DNA of 64,000 bases from the NCBI GenBank assembly GCA_965248925.1, contig CBDFLE010000006.1, positions 1,376,001 to 1,440,000 of the forward strand, read 5' to 3'. The notes below the pieces were generated by a model. That model was not told the origin of the DNA. It made no database searches and was given only the letters and a program-made list of their open reading frames with translations. A program made the position numbers and the translations under genes. This document shows positions 33,139-41,891 of the stretch, piece by piece (position 1 is the stretch's first letter; every line of letters begins with the position of its first letter). The stretch is from Candidatus Multivoradales bacterium (lineage in GTDB: Bacteria; Acidobacteriota; Thermoanaerobaculia; Multivoradales; J023).

Positions 33139-33260
33139 GGCAGGCGCGGCCATGGTGGTAGGGCGCCGTGAGGTGACCGAGCACGGAGCGCAACGCAGTG
33201 AGCACCGCGCGCAGGTCGACCTCACGGACGCTGCCGACACCCATTCAGCCCGCGCCTGCC
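33139..33260. repeat. 122-bp imperfect palindrome (REP/MITE-like) between convergent genes
   Basis: ggcaggcgcgg (33139-33149) pairs with ccgcgcctgcc (33250-33260); inner ccgtgaggtgacc pairs with ggtcgacctcacgg. Confidence 0.7.
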
Positions 33261-33288
33261 GGCAACAGTGCTCACCGCCGTTGCCCCT

Positions 33289-34062
33289 TCACTCGACGGC
33301 AACTGGCTTCGGCGAGCTGAAGACCTCGTCCGGCAACTGCTCAAAGACGCGGATTTTACTCAGCGTCTGCACCGCCCCATCGCGGTGGCGAATCCGCTGC
33401 GAAGACAGCTGGATCCCACCGTGCTGCTGCCAGGATCCCCACAGCCAAACCGTCGGCTCCTTCTCCGCTTTCCAGTCTTGCAGATGGTAGGCCCACCGGT
33501 CCATCAGACCCGTCGTCGGATTGATGAAAGCCCAGTAGCGGTCCCCCGGAGTCAGACCAACGCTGTCGAAGGAAAGCTCCACCTTGTCGTAGGTCACCTC
33601 GTCCAGAGTCTCCTGGCCAGCATACTTCAGCGTCACCCCAGGATCGAGCAGCTTGTAAGGCATCAGCAGCCAATAGGTGTCATTGATCCAAGCACTGTAG
33701 GCCCGCTTCAACCACTCGGCGCGGTCGTCTCCGCTCAATTTCTCACCCTTCAGCCAGACCTCTCCCTCGCCACTGTTGACGTTGTGCAAGACAACATACT
33801 CGTCGCCGTCGCCGGTCTTGCCCTCGAGGCGATGCTGACCATTGTGGCGATCCACGTGATGCAGCCTGAACCCGAAGAACTCGAAGCGCAGAAAGCGCGT
33901 CGCCGCCAGATTCTGCTCGCCGCCCAACGCCTCGAGCAGGCCCTCGGCAAGGGCTACGGCCCGCTTGTCCGATGTCGGCTCAGCCGCCACCGCGCTCCAG
34001 CTAGCGGCGCCCAACAGAAACGCTAGAGAGAGCAGGACCCAAACTTTGGTGCATTTCAACAT
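33289..34062 (-). CDS. Secreted hypothetical protein (possible LolA-like beta fold)
   Basis: SD GAGGAGG; signal peptide WSAVA|AE; WINDTYWLLMPYKLLDPGV, GLTPGDRYW. Confidence 0.8.
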   Translation of the reverse strand: MLKCTKVWVLLSLAFLLGAASWSAVAAEPTSDKRAVALAEGLLEALGGEQNLAATRFLRFEFFGFRLHHVDRHNGQHRLEGKTGDGDEYVVLHNVNSGEGEVWLKGEKLSGDDRAEWLKRAYSAWINDTYWLLMPYKLLDPGVTLKYAGQETLDEVTYDKVELSFDSVGLTPGDRYWAFINPTTGLMDRWAYHLQDWKAEKEPTVWLWGSWQQHGGIQLSSQRIRHRDGAVQTLSKIRVFEQLPDEVFSSPKPVAVE

Positions 34063-34089
34063 ACCTAGAAAACCTCCTCGATCCGCTCC

Positions 34090-34227
34090 GGCGAACGGCT
34101 CCCGACCGCGGCCAACGCGCATCGGCTCTTGGTCTTCCGCTCACCAGCAACGTGTGGTCTGAGTGATAGGGTCAAGGGTGTCTTGAGACTGGCCGACACA
34201 TCGTAATGCCAGAGCAGCCCGGCGCCA
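34090..34227 (+). ncRNA. Candidate rod-like structured RNA upstream of sspB
   Basis: Arms 34126-34143 and 34160-34178 pair with several G-U pairs on the + strand; cggcca (34109-34114) pairs with tggccg (34190-34195). Family not recognised. Confidence 0.3.
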
Positions 34228-34312
34228 AGGGCCAGGCCAATATTGCCGCCGCCCGGCCGACTACCCTGGCCTCGACAGCGGCCAGTTCCGACCGCGCTCG
34301 GACGAGGTGAGT

Positions 34313-34789
34313 ATGAGCGACCCGCCGCCAAACCAAGATCCGCTCGACTATCAACTACTGATCCGCGAGTCACTGCGGGGGGTGGTGCGACAAGCTATCG
34401 ACATCGTCGCCCGCCACGGCCTACCCAGCGATCACTTCTTCTCGATCAGCTTTCGCACCGACGCCAACGGCGTCGAGCTGCCTCCCAATTTGCTGCAGCA
34501 GTACCCAGAGCAGATGACCATCGTCATCCAGCATCAGTATTGGGACTTGGCCGTTGTTGGCGACTGCTTCACCGTAGCGTTGAGTTTCGGCGGTAGCCAA
34601 CAGAAGCTGACGATACCCTTCGACGCCATCACCACATTTGTCGACCCCGGCGCCGAATTTGCTCTCCAACTAGCCGCCGCCAGCCCCGACCAAAATGCCG
34701 CCGCCGAAGCGCCGCTAGCCATCAAGGACATCAAGGACCAGCCCAGCAGCAGCCAAGTGGTCTCCCTTGAGGCCTATCGCCAACGCTGA
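34313..34789 (+). CDS. sspB: ClpXP adaptor SspB, alphaproteobacterial type
   Basis: LDYQLLIRESLRGVVR, GLPSDHFFSISFRT, YPEQMTIVIQHQYWDL, FVDPGAEFALQ, C-terminal VVSLEAYRQR. Confidence 0.85.
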   Translation: MSDPPPNQDPLDYQLLIRESLRGVVRQAIDIVARHGLPSDHFFSISFRTDANGVELPPNLLQQYPEQMTIVIQHQYWDLAVVGDCFTVALSFGGSQQKLTIPFDAITTFVDPGAEFALQLAAASPDQNAAAEAPLAIKDIKDQPSSSQVVSLEAYRQR

Positions 34790-34865
34790 GAGCCCGAGGA
34801 ATCAGTCGCGCCGCGAGCGGCATCTGATTTTCACCACGGGCTCCTAAGCTGTCGCCAGCCGGGGC

Positions 34866-36197
34866 TCATCCATCGTCCAGCGCGAAACTTTCGACAACAG
34901 ACCGCACTTGTTGATCGACCTCGCCGTCAGCGGCTCCCGATCGACGATAGAGAAAGACATAGAAAGCCACCGCAGTCTGCAAAATGTGAATACCGAGAAA
35001 ATGCCGCTGACCAGCGCCGCCCTGGCGTGAGGGAAGTTCGAACAGCAACTGCCGAGCAGGCTGATCCGCCACCCGGTAACATTGATCGAGTAGCAACTCT
35101 GAGCGGGCCGGCTCGCGCAGAACCTCGGCGATGGTGTGCAAGCGTCGGGCACTGCAAGTCACATGCGTTTCCGCCAGCTGAAAGGCAAACACCGCCGACG
35201 GCTTTGACGACGAGGTCAGCGGCTCGGCCCCCTCCGGCAGGCGTACTCGACAATGGTGACGGGGGTTGACCAGAAACTCACCGTGGCGGTGAAAACTACT
35301 GCCCAAGATCAGCTCCGAGAACTCCTCGCTACCACCAAAACTGCGCCAGCGTTCGATCCAACCGGACAACGCCCGGCGCAGAACTCGCCAAGTCGTCGCC
35401 AACCACGAGACCGGCCGCAAAGCCATCATCACCAACCGTCGGCGCCGATGCGCACGGCGCAACTCGCGCAACAACTCAGGCGGAATCTCCAACTCCGAAC
35501 TCGCCTGTTGACGCTGCCGCGCGGGCGGCTGCCAGCGGGTCAGCGGATGCTGATGGAGGTCAACCTCGACAGTGGTCGCGAAATCGCGGCGAACGAACAA
35601 CAGCCGACGGGTCTGCCAACCCTCGAGGAGGTCGGCGACGCCACACTCCAGGGCATCGAAACTCGCGGCCGCTGGCTCAGCCTCGATCACCCGGCAGAAC
35701 TCGCGGCAGACATCATCCGGATACGTCCGGCGGCGACCCTCCAGGCGCCGCAACTCCGCTGCTAGCTGCGGACGACCCAGAGTCTGCGCCACTTGCTCTG
35801 CCCGTGCCAACGGCCGCCGTTCAGCCGCCAAAGTCTGATCTGGAAACGTCGTGTGAACCCGTGGATCCGAATTGAAAGAGCCAGCGAACTCGCGATCGAC
35901 AAAGAGGTCATAACCCCAGACCTCGCTATCGTAGACCCAGACATAGACCAGCGGCACGCCCAAATCGCCCAACTCGTGGATCAGCCGCCACTCCTCATCG
36001 TAGTGGCTAAAGAAAACCAACACCCAGCGCTCACTTGAGACCAAGAAAGCACTGCGCTCGTGATCACCGTCGAGGTCGAACAGATCCGGCCGCTCACTAG
36101 GCTCGAAACCACGCGCGCCAAGCCACCGCTCAAGCGAACGCTCGACCTCTTCGCGGCTGGAATCCAGCGCGCAAATGCTGTTGTAGAAAGCCCCCAT
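34866..36197 (-). CDS. Hypothetical protein (443 aa)
   Basis: Long ORF filling the gap between neighbours, globular composition; no family recognised with confidence. Confidence 0.75.
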   Translation of the reverse strand: MGAFYNSICALDSSREEVERSLERWLGARGFEPSERPDLFDLDGDHERSAFLVSSERWVLVFFSHYDEEWRLIHELGDLGVPLVYVWVYDSEVWGYDLFVDREFAGSFNSDPRVHTTFPDQTLAAERRPLARAEQVAQTLGRPQLAAELRRLEGRRRTYPDDVCREFCRVIEAEPAAASFDALECGVADLLEGWQTRRLLFVRRDFATTVEVDLHQHPLTRWQPPARQRQQASSELEIPPELLRELRRAHRRRRLVMMALRPVSWLATTWRVLRRALSGWIERWRSFGGSEEFSELILGSSFHRHGEFLVNPRHHCRVRLPEGAEPLTSSSKPSAVFAFQLAETHVTCSARRLHTIAEVLREPARSELLLDQCYRVADQPARQLLFELPSRQGGAGQRHFLGIHILQTAVAFYVFLYRRSGAADGEVDQQVRSVVESFALDDG

Positions 36198-36320
36198 TTC
36201 AAGCCGCTGCCGACGCTTATGGCTTCCAGTGCCTAGGCAATGGAAGTCCGCACCGCGACCGTTTACTCTGCTAACTGGAGCATTCTACTGCCTTCGGCGG
36301 GGCAGCGGATGCCCAGCATT

Positions 36321-36845
36321 TTAGTCAGCGGCGTCGGTCTTGGCAGCAAAGCGTTGGTTGAAGAGGGCTGGGCCAGTAGCTGGAAGAATCTCGATGAATG
36401 GGTGCTCTGTCGCCGTGTGACAGCGGTTGCAGCCAGCGATCAGAGACCTGTAGCTGGCTTCAGTCTGCGGCCAAGAGGCCTCGGGCATTCGTTCCTGCAA
36501 ATCAACCAACAGAGGTCGCATGATTACCGCCGCCGGGTCGCCGATCGGCATTCCGTCGTGCTCCTTGAGGACGAAAACTTCTCCGAAGACCTCCTCCAAC
36601 TCATGCAGATAGAACTGGGATAGCGGCAAATTGCGACCCTCGATCGAGTAACCCAGCTTGGCGCAATGCCGCTGCGCCTCGCCCATCAACCGGGCCAACT
36701 CGACCTCTTCCTCGACCTCCGGCCCGCTGGCAACAAGAGCACTCGGGCTCAGTTGCGAAGCTCTGGATACGCCGCATCCAGAAAGCAACACCGAGCCGCA
36801 AGCGGCCCAACAGACAAAGATCACCACATTCGTGCTTCGCAACAT
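36321..36845 (-). CDS. Monoheme cytochrome c lipoprotein (C-terminal CxxCH, class II-like)
   Basis: SD AGGAG before ATG 36845; lipobox LLSGC; helical body; GCNRCHTA near the C-terminus. Confidence 0.75.
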   Translation of the reverse strand: MLRSTNVVIFVCWAACGSVLLSGCGVSRASQLSPSALVASGPEVEEEVELARLMGEAQRHCAKLGYSIEGRNLPLSQFYLHELEEVFGEVFVLKEHDGMPIGDPAAVIMRPLLVDLQERMPEASWPQTEASYRSLIAGCNRCHTATEHPFIEILPATGPALFNQRFAAKTDAAD

Positions 36846-36956
36846 GGTCAAGCTCCTGAACATTCGGTGGACCCGCACCGAGTAGAAAGACGTTGGCGTA
36901 GCCTCAGCCAGCCGGTGCTGAGGATGAACTGGGGCAGGAGAACGTTTAAATTCTTT

Positions 36957-36975
36957 AATGAGAACAATTCTCGTT
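36957..36975. promoter_or_regulatory. Fur-box-like 19-bp palindrome
   Basis: AATGAGAACAATTCTCGTT (9-1-9, 7/9 symmetric) in an AT-rich patch between the divergent cytochrome c and Fur genes. Confidence 0.7.
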
Positions 36976-37147
36976 AGCTGGTAGTTGATTCTGGACCGCC
37001 TCCGTCTAGTTTGTCAACACCTCTTCACCTGGCAGGCCCGGTACAGCTTGCAGCAGGGTGCAACAGAACTCCCGGCCGAGAAAAAGGAGACCGGATAGGT
37101 TAGAATGGACTTCTGTCCAGGTTGGGGGGACCGATGGGAGACAGCAG

Positions 37148-37615
37148 ATGGCCAAGTTCCCGGAACTGGACCAATTTCTCGAAGCGCTGAGAGAGCACGG
37201 ACATCGAGTCACTTCGGAGCGGCTGCGGCTGTTTCGCGAAGTCTATGCTCAGCACGGTCACATCGACGCCGAAAACTTGCTCAAGTCGATGAAGAGCCAG
37301 GGACTGAAAATCTCACGCGCCACCCTTTACCGCAACCTCGATCTCCTGGCGCGGTTCGGCTTCGTCGAAAAGCGCCGCTTGGGCGGCAACCGCTTCCTTT
37401 ACGAGCATGTCCACGCCGGCCAGCGCCACGACCACCTGGTGTGCGATAGCTGCGGCAAGGTAGCCGAGTTCGTCAGCCTGGGGATCGGTGCACTGCAGCG
37501 CGAGATTTGTCGCGCTCACGGTTACGACCCAGACCAGCACACGCTACAGATCCACAGTCAATGCACGGATTGCGCGGCGGTCCGGCGAAACGGCGAATCC
37601 CCTACCAGTCGCTAA
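37148..37615 (+). CDS. fur: Fur-family transcriptional regulator
   Basis: RVTSERL, ISRATLYRNL, RHDHLVCDSCGK, CTDC. Metal specificity (Fur/Zur/PerR) not determined. Confidence 0.85.
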   Translation: MAKFPELDQFLEALREHGHRVTSERLRLFREVYAQHGHIDAENLLKSMKSQGLKISRATLYRNLDLLARFGFVEKRRLGGNRFLYEHVHAGQRHDHLVCDSCGKVAEFVSLGIGALQREICRAHGYDPDQHTLQIHSQCTDCAAVRRNGESPTSR

Positions 37616-37635
37616 CGACAATCACCGGCGGTGGC

Positions 37636-37766
37636 GGGGGGGGGGGGGGGGGAACCATGGTGGAATGAGATCGCGGTGCACAGACTACAATGCACCGGCG
37701 GCAGGCGCTGGCGGTGCACAGACTACAATGCACCGGCGGCAAGCGCCGGCGGTGCAATGCCGACCG
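37636..37766. repeat. G17 homopolymer followed by two full and one partial 38-bp tandem palindromic units
   Basis: G run 37636-37652; units 37673-37710 and 37711-37748 (gcggtgcacagactacaatgcaccggcggca(g/a)gcgc(t/c)g); partial unit from 37749. Confidence 0.85.
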
Positions 37767-39611
37767 CTACCAGCCGCAGGTACGGCCTTCGTTCTGCTCG
37801 TCGAGCCAGGTGTGCAGCGGCGCGAAATAGTCGAGGATCGCCGAAGCATCCATCTCCCGACTGCCTGCGAGCGCCTCCAGAGCATCCGGCCACGGTTGGC
37901 TCATGCCCATGGCGAGCATCTCCTGCATCGCCTGACCGGCAGCCTCGTTGCCGTAGATCGAGCAGCGGTGCAAGGGTCCTTCGTAACCCGCCTTCTCGCA
38001 CAGGGCGCGCTGGAATTGGAACTGCAGAATGTGGGCCAAGAAATAGCGGGTGTAGGGCACATTCGCCGGCACATGGTACTTGGCGCCGGGATCGAAGTCG
38101 GCCTCACTACGTTCAACCGGCGCCTCAACCCCCTGGTATTTACGACGCAGCTCCCACCAGCCGGCGTTGTAGTCTTGCTCGCTAATCTCGCCTGAGAAAA
38201 CCTGCCAGCGCCACTGATCGACCAACAGACCGAACGGCAGGAAGGCGACCTTGTCGAGCGCCATCTTGAGCAGCAGGCCAAGATCTGCCGAGGGGTCGGG
38301 CTCTGCGTCGAGCAAACCCACGTCGACCAGATACTTGGGGGTGATCGACAGAGCCACCGTGTCACCCACCGCCTCGTGAAAACCGTCGTTAGCACTGTCG
38401 CGGTAGAGGGGATCGAGGTGCGCGTAGGCGCGCTGGTAGAAATTATGCCCGAGCTCGTGGTGGATGGTATTGAAGTCTTCGGCGGTGATCTGAATGCACA
38501 TCTTGATCCGCAGATCCTGCTCGTAGTCGAGATCCCAAGCACTGGCGTGGCAGACCACATCGCGATCTTTGGGCTGGATGAAAAGGGAGCGCTCCCAGAA
38601 AGTCTCGGGCAGCGGCTCGAAGCCCAGCGAGGTGAAGAAGCGCTCGCCGTAGCGCACCATCTCCAACTCGTCGACCCCTTTCTGTGCCAGCAACTCGCTG
38701 AGATCGTAAGCCGGACTCCCCCCCGGCGGTGCCACCAAGTCATAGATATTGGCCCACTGTTGAGCCCACATATTGCCCAGTAGGTGGGCAGGAATCGGCG
38801 CCGTGGGATCGACGACGTCAGAGCCGTAGGTTTCCGCCAGGCGGGCCCGCACATGGCAGTGCAAGGCTTCGTACAGAGGCCGGACCTGCTCCCAAAGCCG
38901 ATCGACCTCGAGGGCGAAATCGTCCGCATCCATGTCGTACTTTGAGCGCCACATAGCACCAAGGTCGGCAAAACCAAGCTCCTGAGCCCCCTTATTGCCC
39001 AGCTCGACATAGCGGTTGAAGGTCTCGCGCATCGGCACCGACACCTGGCGCCAACCCTGCCACAGCTCGAGCAGGCGATCCGCCTCGCGACTCTCGGCCA
39101 AAACCGGAGTCATCGCCGGCAGATCGAGGCAGTCGCCAGCATCGTCACAATACTCGCCGCGGCCGTAGATGCTCTCCATGGCGGCTTTCAGCTGCGGCAA
39201 CTCCTGGGTCTCTGCCGGATTGGCCGGGGCCGGCAACGTGAGATTTAGCTTGACCAACTGCAACCGGCGGCGCAGCTCCGCCGGCAACTCGGCAGCGTCG
39301 AAACGGGTCGCTTGCGCAGCCAGGTCAATGGTCAGGCCGATCGCCGCGGCATTGGCCTCGGCGGTGCGCTGCTCGTTCTCGTCAGTGATGTCGGTGGCGT
39401 GCGCCCAGTCCGCGGTGCCTTCGGTAATCCAGGCATCGAGCAACTGCGTTTCGGCCTGCTGCAAGAATGCGACGGCCTCCTCGGCGGTCGGTACCTTGGC
39501 GGATTCTTCGCCTGAGCCACAAGCGGCGCCCAGCCCGGCCAGCATCGCCAGGGTCAGCACCTGGAGGGTCGAGAGCAATGCCCGGCGGCGATTCAGAGGG
39601 TCGAGAAACAT
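37767..39611 (-). CDS. Peptidase M2 (ACE-like peptidyl-dipeptidase), lipoprotein
   Basis: HHELGH, ANDGFHEAVGD, CHASAWD, HLLGNMWAQ, DPGAKYHV; lipobox LGAAC; SD AAGGAG. Confidence 0.93.
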   Translation of the reverse strand: MFLDPLNRRRALLSTLQVLTLAMLAGLGAACGSGEESAKVPTAEEAVAFLQQAETQLLDAWITEGTADWAHATDITDENEQRTAEANAAAIGLTIDLAAQATRFDAAELPAELRRRLQLVKLNLTLPAPANPAETQELPQLKAAMESIYGRGEYCDDAGDCLDLPAMTPVLAESREADRLLELWQGWRQVSVPMRETFNRYVELGNKGAQELGFADLGAMWRSKYDMDADDFALEVDRLWEQVRPLYEALHCHVRARLAETYGSDVVDPTAPIPAHLLGNMWAQQWANIYDLVAPPGGSPAYDLSELLAQKGVDELEMVRYGERFFTSLGFEPLPETFWERSLFIQPKDRDVVCHASAWDLDYEQDLRIKMCIQITAEDFNTIHHELGHNFYQRAYAHLDPLYRDSANDGFHEAVGDTVALSITPKYLVDVGLLDAEPDPSADLGLLLKMALDKVAFLPFGLLVDQWRWQVFSGEISEQDYNAGWWELRRKYQGVEAPVERSEADFDPGAKYHVPANVPYTRYFLAHILQFQFQRALCEKAGYEGPLHRCSIYGNEAAGQAMQEMLAMGMSQPWPDALEALAGSREMDASAILDYFAPLHTWLDEQNEGRTCGW

Positions 39612-39639
39612 CTTCAATATCTCCTTGAATTCGGTGTTG

Positions 39640-40839
39640 CTACTCAGCCAAAGCGGCTGCTAGGCCCGCGAGCCCCTCCTCGAGCACTTCTGGCGCCGCG
39701 CCGTAGGCAATTCGCAAGTGATGATCTTCGGCGAAAGCCACGCCCGGCACCAATGCCACCCCAGCCCGCAGCAGAATCCGGTCGGCAAGTTCGAGCGAAC
39801 CGGCAAAACCACGGGTGGCGGACACCTGTGGGAAAACATAAAAGGCTCCCGGCGGCACCGAACAGACTACACCAGGCAAGCGACGGAGGTGATCCAGCAC
39901 CAAGTCTCGACGCCGCTCGAGCTCTGCCCGGCGGCTTTCGATCTCCTTCCCGGCACCCACCAGCGCCGCCAGCGCGCCGTGCATGGCGAAACTGGTCGGA
40001 TGAGTGTTCATATGCCCTTGAATCGCGATCAGCTTGGCAATCAGTGGCGCGGCGCCAAGCACGTAGCCCACCCGCCAGCCGGTCATCGCAAAAGTCTTCG
40101 AGAACGAGCCCACCACCACCACGGTGTTGGGATAGTCGCTGGCGAAAGCAGCGGCGCTCTTCGGCCTACGGTGATCGTAGACGAAGCGCTCATAGGTCTC
40201 GTCAACGATCAATACCACCCCGCGTTCGGCACAGCCGGCTGCCAAGCGGCTGAGTTCCTCATCTTCGCAGACCGCGCCGGTGGGATTGCAGGGCGAGCAG
40301 ATGATCACCGCCCGAGTAGCCTCGGTGATGGCCGCTATTAGCGGCGCCGCGCGCAAGGCGAATCCATCTTCCGCCACCCTCGGCACCGCCACCGGTCGAC
40401 CGCTGGCGAAACGCACTTGAGCCCTGAAGGTAACCCAATCAGGGGCCGCCAAGACCACCTCACTAGCGGTGTCCACCAAGGCTTGAGCAAGCATGAAGAG
40501 CGCCGATTTGGCACCGACGGTGATCAAACAGCTGTCGCCTTGCCACGGTGCCCGCCAAAGCCTGCGGTAGCGTTCGGCCAGAGCTTCGCGCAGCGCTGGC
40601 AATCCGGCACTCTCGGAATAGCGGGTGTAGCCGTCCGCCAAAGCCCGTCGCACCGCTTCTAGCGCACACTCAGGCGACTGAAAGTCCGGTTCGCCGGCGC
40701 CAAGATCCACTACCCGGCGCCCTTTTGCTCGCAGCTGAGCTACGCGCGCCGCCACTTGCATGGTGGCGGAGGCACCTAGTTCTTCGGCCCGCTTGGAAAG
40801 ACGCATGGCTGCGGATGGTATCATTGCTGCTGGCGACAT
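39640..40839 (-). CDS. PLP-dependent aminotransferase class I/II (aspartate aminotransferase-like)
   Basis: LGAGEPDF, SPCNPTGA, DETY, SFSKTFAMTGWRVGY. Confidence 0.92.
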   Translation of the reverse strand: MSPAAMIPSAAMRLSKRAEELGASATMQVAARVAQLRAKGRRVVDLGAGEPDFQSPECALEAVRRALADGYTRYSESAGLPALREALAERYRRLWRAPWQGDSCLITVGAKSALFMLAQALVDTASEVVLAAPDWVTFRAQVRFASGRPVAVPRVAEDGFALRAAPLIAAITEATRAVIICSPCNPTGAVCEDEELSRLAAGCAERGVVLIVDETYERFVYDHRRPKSAAAFASDYPNTVVVVGSFSKTFAMTGWRVGYVLGAAPLIAKLIAIQGHMNTHPTSFAMHGALAALVGAGKEIESRRAELERRRDLVLDHLRRLPGVVCSVPPGAFYVFPQVSATRGFAGSLELADRILLRAGVALVPGVAFAEDHHLRIAYGAAPEVLEEGLAGLAAALAE

Positions 40840-40971
40840 CGGCCTGGGTGAGGACCCGACGCGGCAACGGCCCGGATCTTGCTTCTATTTGCCACTGCTA
40901 CCGCTGGTCATGCCCACGCTGCTACTGCCTTTGCCGGCAACACCTCAGAGTCACCGAACCGGAGTCATCCC

Positions 40972-41835
40972 ATGCAGAGACTATCGATCACCCTGTCGGC
41001 GCTGATCCTGCTGCTGGCGGCCACCGCCGCCAAAGCTGCCCCCGCCGGCTGGGAAACCGACATTGAACGCGCTTTCGAACTCGCCGCCGAGAGCGATCGC
41101 TTGTTGCTGGTCGACCTATACGCGGATTGGTGTGGCTGGTGCCGAGTGCTCGAACGCAAGGTCTTCGCCACCCCCGAGTTCAAGGCCTTCGCCAAAGATT
41201 TCGTCTTGCTCTATGTCGATGTCGAAGACGGCGCGGCAGGCACCGAGCTGCAATCCCGTTACGGTGGCAATTCCCTACCCACGGTGCTGATCCTGACTCC
41301 GAAACGCGCCCAAGCTGGCGTCGTCAATGGTTTTCAGCCGACCTCTGAGTTGATCGCCACGGTACGCCGCCAACTGCAACTCTACGATAGGTTCTTGACC
41401 CACTACGAGAGCAATCGCAGCAGCGATGATCTAGGCACCTTGCAGCGCCTGGCCGAGACCCTGCACGGGCAGAGCGACGGACGCCGCGCCGTGGTGGTCT
41501 ACCGGCGGGTCGGCGAGTTGGTGCAAGCGGGCTCGAAAGCCGATGCTTGGGTCCACTACATGCTGGCCGACGCCCACCGCCTGGACCGCTCATGGCAGCA
41601 GGCCACTACCGCCATTGGCCGGGCCCATCAGCTAGCGAGCAAGATCGGCCACAAAGACTTGAGCGAGCGGGTCGAGTTGCTGCACTACCAGATCGCTCGC
41701 GAGGCTGGAGACTGCCTGACCGCCAAGACCACCCTCGAGCGCTTTCTGCTCCAACATCCAGCGAGTAGCCACAGCCGTAGGGCACAGCGAGCACTCAATC
41801 TGATCAAGAGCGGCAACGACTCGCGCTGCACCTGA
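40972..41835 (+). CDS. Exported thioredoxin-fold protein with TPR-like C-terminus
   Basis: SD GGAG; signal peptide; YADWCGWC; cis-Pro motif SLPT. Confidence 0.85.
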   Translation: MQRLSITLSALILLLAATAAKAAPAGWETDIERAFELAAESDRLLLVDLYADWCGWCRVLERKVFATPEFKAFAKDFVLLYVDVEDGAAGTELQSRYGGNSLPTVLILTPKRAQAGVVNGFQPTSELIATVRRQLQLYDRFLTHYESNRSSDDLGTLQRLAETLHGQSDGRRAVVVYRRVGELVQAGSKADAWVHYMLADAHRLDRSWQQATTAIGRAHQLASKIGHKDLSERVELLHYQIAREAGDCLTAKTTLERFLLQHPASSHSRRAQRALNLIKSGNDSRCT

Positions 41836-41891
41836 GACCGCCCAGTTAGCTCTCCAGCACTCCGTCGATACCGACCGCACGAGGCAAAGGA

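Noticed and set aside
33268-34026. 252-aa + strand ORF and similar long antisense ORFs (9554..10663, 13419..14174, 37901..39010, 45797..46552)
   Set aside because: They overlap well-supported genes on the opposite strand or in another frame, as is typical of high-GC DNA.
34123-34134. 12-mer cggctcttggtc shared with the rpsP leader (reverse complement at 54890-54901)
   Set aside because: A single 12-bp match in a 64-kb GC-rich window is expected by chance.
37673-37766. 38-bp repeats as a CRISPR array
   Set aside because: Units are directly adjacent with no unique spacers, and no cas genes are in the window.
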